This document shows positions 59,375-64,000 of a DNA stretch of 64,000 nt, in pieces. The notes beneath the pieces were generated by a model, which had not been told where the DNA came from, ran no database searches, and saw only the letters and a program-made list of their open reading frames with translations. Where the stretch lies: NCBI RefSeq assembly GCF_011745625.1, contig NW_027191501.1:1-64000 (forward strand), written 5' to 3'. The position numbers and the translations under genes are program-made. This DNA comes from Cladosporium halotolerans (lineage: Eukaryota). How positions within the stretch are numbered: the stretch's first letter is position 1; the number at the start of each line of letters is the position of its first letter.

Positions 59375-60108
59375 GAAGCGGTGGGCTGCGGTGGGGGAGT
59401 TGGATGGGGTGAGTGAGAAGTCTTTTGCTGTAATTATATGGGGTCTATTGAGGCTTATATAGTGGTGGAATCGGCGTTGGGTTTTCGGTGGTGAGGAGCC
59501 GAAGTTGGAGGTGAGGTGGTGAGGTGGGGTGCGGTGAGAGGTCGATTCTCAGGAATGGGTGTGGAATCGCTTGGTGTCTATTCTTAGAGAGAAACTCAGT
59601 CGTCGCGAAACATGATATTCAGCTTGATTCCTCCAGTCAGTCTGATCGTGTAAATTATCCGACATCCATGTTTGAGAGCGCAGGTCGTCCACAGGACAGC
59701 ACTCGCTAATAATCCTAACGTTACTCGACTTCCCCATCTCGAATCTGACATCACGGCGTTTCAGGGTCTGGGGTAGTCGCGGTTGCTAGGGTAAACAGTC
59801 GACTTCAGCCTCCCGCTTTTTGGCCCCAGCCACTCCAACCACCTCGAAGGCGAAGGCCGCGCAGCCCTCCGAAAATCGATTATTGGGGTGTTGGCTCGGC
59901 CCTACCGTCCTTCGCATCCACACGAAAATCCTGCTTCACCATTCTTGCAATTACACAACGCAAAACACCTCGCTCAAATCCACCGAATCCAAGCCAGATC
60001 CACGGCAAGCCGAACGCCAACGGCTCCGCTTGAACATCTGCACTACCAGACGATTGTGCTGAGGCTTCGGCCTTCAGTACCTTGAGTGCAGTCTCGAACA
60101 CATCCACG

Positions 60109-61440
60109 ATGGCGCCCGTACCGCACGCTCTCGCTTTTCTCTTTAGCCGCTCACAAGATGCTGGCGAGCAATCCGTCTCGGACCTGGCGGTATCTTCTCT
60201 CGAACTCGACTCTCGCTCGACATCGCCATCCTCATCATTAGAGAATATCTTGCCGCGCTCCAACGATGTCTCCTCTCAGCCTATGTCGCCCATGGCGGTC
60301 CAAGACCTTGCCAAACGCACCGTCAGCCTCCACGCCCGTGACGACGTGAGCGGAAAGTACCAGCCCGGTGCTGGCAGCAAATCTGCGGACCAATTCAGCG
60401 GACCTGGCTTCCTCGTACTATTCGCCCTGATCGGCACTGGCATGGTCATTGCTACGATTTGGTTCTTCTTCTGGGCTAAGAACGGAGGCTTCAAATTCGG
60501 CCAAGACGACTGGGACGACTACAAATCCACTGTCCTCCGCCGCAAGGGCCCCGATGGCAAAACGCTCAGTAACGCCACCAAGTCTACTAAGCTCGGCGGA
60601 GGAAGTGTCGTGCACGGTCAAGACTACATGCGCGAGAAGTCTATGGCGTCGACCGTGGTCGGCCGCGACAAGAAGGGCCGGAAGGGTATCAAAGCGAAGC
60701 GTGGTTTTGCGAAGACGCACAGTGTCTGGGGCGACGACGATTACATGACCGAGTCCTGGGGCACCGCGACCGTCACCGACGGCATGACCGAGGTCGGCAC
60801 CGAGTACACCGGCGACACGCACAGCAAGCGCTACCGCGACCGCGACATCCACCAGTACAAGCGCGAGAAGCCCGCGCGCGTGGGCGGCATCAACCGCGTC
60901 GCCGACGGCAGCCACTACGACCACACGAACTCCGAGCGCAGCGATGCCTACACCGACACCTCCTCCAACACCCACCGCCACGAGCGCAAGGAGCGCTCGA
61001 CGAGAGACCACGTGCGCTCCGCGCACGAAGACGCCGAGCGCCGCGCCAAGATCGAAGCGCACAAGATGGAGAAGCGGTGGAAGCGCGAGGCCGAAGAGGC
61101 CGTTGCCGCCATCGCGCGAGAGAACGGCGAGGCGCCGCCCAAGAGGAGCTCGGCGCCGTCGTCCAAGCCCGGAGCCCACAAGCAGCGTCGCGACTCGAGG
61201 TCTAGCAGCCCCAAGAAGCGCGACTTCTCGTACCAGAAGGGTGCCGGCAGCGAGACGCTCAGCACCTCATACACGGCTTCGAACTCTGGCCGGACTGCCA
61301 GCTACTACGACGCATACCGCCCGAAGAACGCGGACGGCTACTCTTCGGACGCCGGCAGCAGGAGGCCCAGGCAGAGCTCGCCGAAGAAGGGCGGGCGCAG
61401 CGCTGGCTACAGGCGCGGTGCGGACAGCGACTTGGATTAG
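60109..61440 (+). CDS. Hypothetical single-pass membrane protein, ~443 aa
   Basis: TM helix FLVLFALIGTGMVIATIWFFFW, then KNGGF...DWDDYKSTVLRRKGPDGKTLSNATKST and EKPARVGGIN, with strong coding bias. Confidence 0.8.
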   Translation: MAPVPHALAFLFSRSQDAGEQSVSDLAVSSLELDSRSTSPSSSLENILPRSNDVSSQPMSPMAVQDLAKRTVSLHARDDVSGKYQPGAGSKSADQFSGPGFLVLFALIGTGMVIATIWFFFWAKNGGFKFGQDDWDDYKSTVLRRKGPDGKTLSNATKSTKLGGGSVVHGQDYMREKSMASTVVGRDKKGRKGIKAKRGFAKTHSVWGDDDYMTESWGTATVTDGMTEVGTEYTGDTHSKRYRDRDIHQYKREKPARVGGINRVADGSHYDHTNSERSDAYTDTSSNTHRHERKERSTRDHVRSAHEDAERRAKIEAHKMEKRWKREAEEAVAAIARENGEAPPKRSSAPSSKPGAHKQRRDSRSSSPKKRDFSYQKGAGSETLSTSYTASNSGRTASYYDAYRPKNADGYSSDAGSRRPRQSSPKKGGRSAGYRRGADSDLD

Positions 61441-61847
61441 ATGCGATGAGTCGTTTGTGATACTTTTGAAACGATCGATTGATGATGCGACAACGGGTTA
61501 GCGATATGGGAAATTCGTGGGAAGGCGTTTCTTTTCTGGGACAAAATTGAACACAACAAATCAGCAGCATGGCGAACTTCACTCTTTCTGACCAGTCGGA
61601 GTCAATGCGTTTGTTTAGCGATGGAATTGTAGCGTCGGCTAGGAACCACGGGATCACGGGACTTGTAGATAGCTGGTCACAGAATGAGCATAAGAATTCA
61701 ACGATCATCTTCAAACCAGGCGTTTTGGTACATTGTATTCGCTCCGGTCACAATCGACCCATTCCTTCAACGCCTCAAAACGAGCACCTACACAATCACA
61801 GGTGGGCCAATTAATCGGGCTTCACGTATCAATACAAACCGTCTATC

Positions 61848-64000
61848 CTACACCTCAACATCCTCCCCAGCAACCTCCTCATACCCCCCACCGCGATACC
61901 TCATCCCGCCCCTCGGCACCTCATACATACTCGTATAATCCACCCTCTGCCCACCCAACAACGCAACACCACTCTCCTTCCGCCCAAACGCCGGCCCATC
62001 GCCCCAGAAATCCTGACAATTCCTCAGCACGCCCCTCGTGAACGGGTTCCGCCGCTTCCGCTGCGTCTCGCGCTTTTTGGAGCCGTAAAACGCCAGCTGG
62101 AAAAACACATCGAGGCCCAGCATTTTCGTCCACGACGAGACACAGCTTTCCTTCTGCTTGCGGCCGTGGCCGGGGGCAGCGGGGTCGGGCCCGGCGCCGG
62201 ACGCCGTGATGGAGGCCGTGTCGGGGCTGACGGAGCCCGTCGCGACGGCCGTCATGAGCGGGCCCATGTCGGTGTTGCCGCGCATGCTTTCGTAAGTTGT
62301 GAGGGCGCGCGCGATCTGCACGAAGTGCACGAAGAGGAGCATGAAGGTCCAGGTGAGCTGCAGGCTGCCCCAGGCGTTGGTGACGAGGGTGAGGGGGTCT
62401 TTGGTCCAGTGGGCGCAGAGGTCGGGGCTGAGGATTTCGCAGTGTAGGGCGCTGGGAGGGGGTGGGGGGAGTTGGATGATGTCTGGGGGAGGTTAGTCGC
62501 TGGCGATGGAGTTTTAAGGGTCTGGTAGTATGGGTGGACGTACATGCGTATGTAAGCTGGATCAGTAGTCCGATGCCGATGATGAGGCTGATCACGTAGA
62601 GGAGGAAGTGCTTGTGGTTGTTTACGCCGATGCAAGCGTCTACCCATGGACAGTGGCTGGGAGATGTTAGTTACCGGCCCGCTGATGGAAGGTTTCCCAT
62701 GCTTACTGGTCTTGCCTCGCAACGCATCGCCCACAACGCCGGCAATGCTTGCTCCGTAAAGGTTTCCGTATCATACAGGGCCCGCAGAAATGCTTCTCGT
62801 TGTACACGTTATGTTCGAGCAATTCATCAATCGTCTTCTTCGTCTGCCCACGGCTGCTGCTCTTGGGAATGTAGCCCGGGTCGCCAGTCATGGTCATGAA
62901 GTAGAAGTAAGTGGTTAGGCCGTAAAACGTCGCGAATGCAATGTTGAGAAAGAAGTTAGTGTACAAAGTATCTGTTTGCAAATTGTCAGCGTCGCTAGCC
63001 AATCATTTTGAGAGTGTTGGCTTACTAGGAAGGATGCGGAAAGCCCATCGGACACCGACCCAGAATAAAGTCCCAGCGAAGATGCCGGCCAGGAATGGAG
63101 TATGCTGCATGGATTTCATATCGTTCGGCGCCCAACGGAAGAGCTTCTGAACGAGGTGATTCAGTACGTATCCTAGGATAAGCACACAAGGTATTGAGAT
63201 CCACACGAGCATGTATGCCAGCATGTGGAGCTGAATGCCACCGAGGATGAATGGCCAAAAGAAGAAGAACCGGCTGAAGAACCACTTCTTGTCTTTGATG
63301 AACGGCACAGGGAATGCGATTGGTTGTCCGGATTGATCGTAACCAGATTCAAACAATGCTTTCCGCCACTGACGCTCCGATTTCATCTTGGAAGCAGTCA
63401 TGGCAGGTGTGTCACCGTCAGTCTCGCCAGGCTGCGGTTTACTCCTTGCGAAACGATCGCTGCCGTAGTCGACCAGCTTTTGTATGCAGGGATAGCTACC
63501 CTTGACAAGAGCCCAGTGCAGCGCGGTGAATCCCATGTCGTCTTGCGCATGAACGTCAGCGCCCCAGCGCAGGAGTAGATCAACACAAGATGGGAAGCCT
63601 TTGTACGCCGCCCACATTAAGCCCGTGTGACCTTGCACATCCGGGACGTCAACGGGGATGTCTGGCTGGTGGAGCAAGAGTATGAGCTGCAAGACGTTGC
63701 CGTCGAGCACCGCAGAATGAAGCAGATTGTACCCTTGGTCGTCCTGCGTCAAGGGGTCGGCACCATGCGCTAGCAGCAGCTGTATAATTTGGAGATGACA
63801 TTTTTTGCTGGCCCAAAGTACGGGTGTGGCCTCAGCATCGCCTCCTTTCGCGTTGACATCGGCTCCGGACTGGATGAGAAAGTGACAAAGCGCATGGTGG
63901 CCATTAATAGCAGCCCACTACAGATTCCATACATCAGTATTCTACCCTCATCTCTTGCCCGGAGATCTCCTCCACGTACATGTAGCGCGGTGATGCCCTG
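61848..64000 (-). CDS. AKR1: Ankyrin-repeat DHHC palmitoyltransferase Akr1, 5' end outside the window; exons >64000-63980, 63917-63026, 62971-62707, 62656-62544, 62482-61848
   Basis: Ankyrin repeats ([14 protein letters not shown]), TM helices, Cys-rich domain [21 protein letters not shown] and a TTYE motif. Confidence 0.93.

Noticed and set aside
1..64000. Transposons, RIP-degraded repeats, tRNA/rRNA genes, CRISPR arrays and introner-like repeated introns
   Set aside because: No transposase or RT motifs, AT-rich RIP tracts, cloverleaf or rRNA signatures, spaced direct repeats or mutually similar introns were seen.

Overview
Gene-dense eukaryotic DNA from a filamentous ascomycete. Short GT-AG introns with CTRAC branch points and the gene content suggest Dothideomycetes; that assignment is an inference. 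I could build about 35 protein-coding models by hand. Most are conserved housekeeping genes (OLE1, U1C, RACK1, L-galactonate dehydratase, RPS17, SMC2, NAG synthase, cystathionine beta-synthase, RRN11, NOG1, PRS5, GH53 galactanase, ZNG1/CobW, EED, AKR1), and the RACK1 gene hosts an intronic U24-type C/D snoRNA. No transposon, rRNA, tRNA or CRISPR array is evident. The most notable observations are: (1) an overlapping uORF on the arginine-pathway NAG synthase gene whose peptide (MENDYLYVGVWK...) keeps the D-Y-L-x3-[LIV]-W-[KR] core of the fungal arginine attenuator peptide; (2) a five-member, intronless, fast-diverging family of split-F-box-like proteins inserted among housekeeping genes, three of them in tandem; (3) a 3-exon small secreted Cys protein that the ORF track captures only in part; (4) a 1-bp frameshifted FAD monooxygenase; (5) an atypical Rho-like GTPase; and (6) recurrent ~1-kb islands where strand skew flips from C-rich to G-rich. 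All calls come from reading the sequence; no database searches were run.
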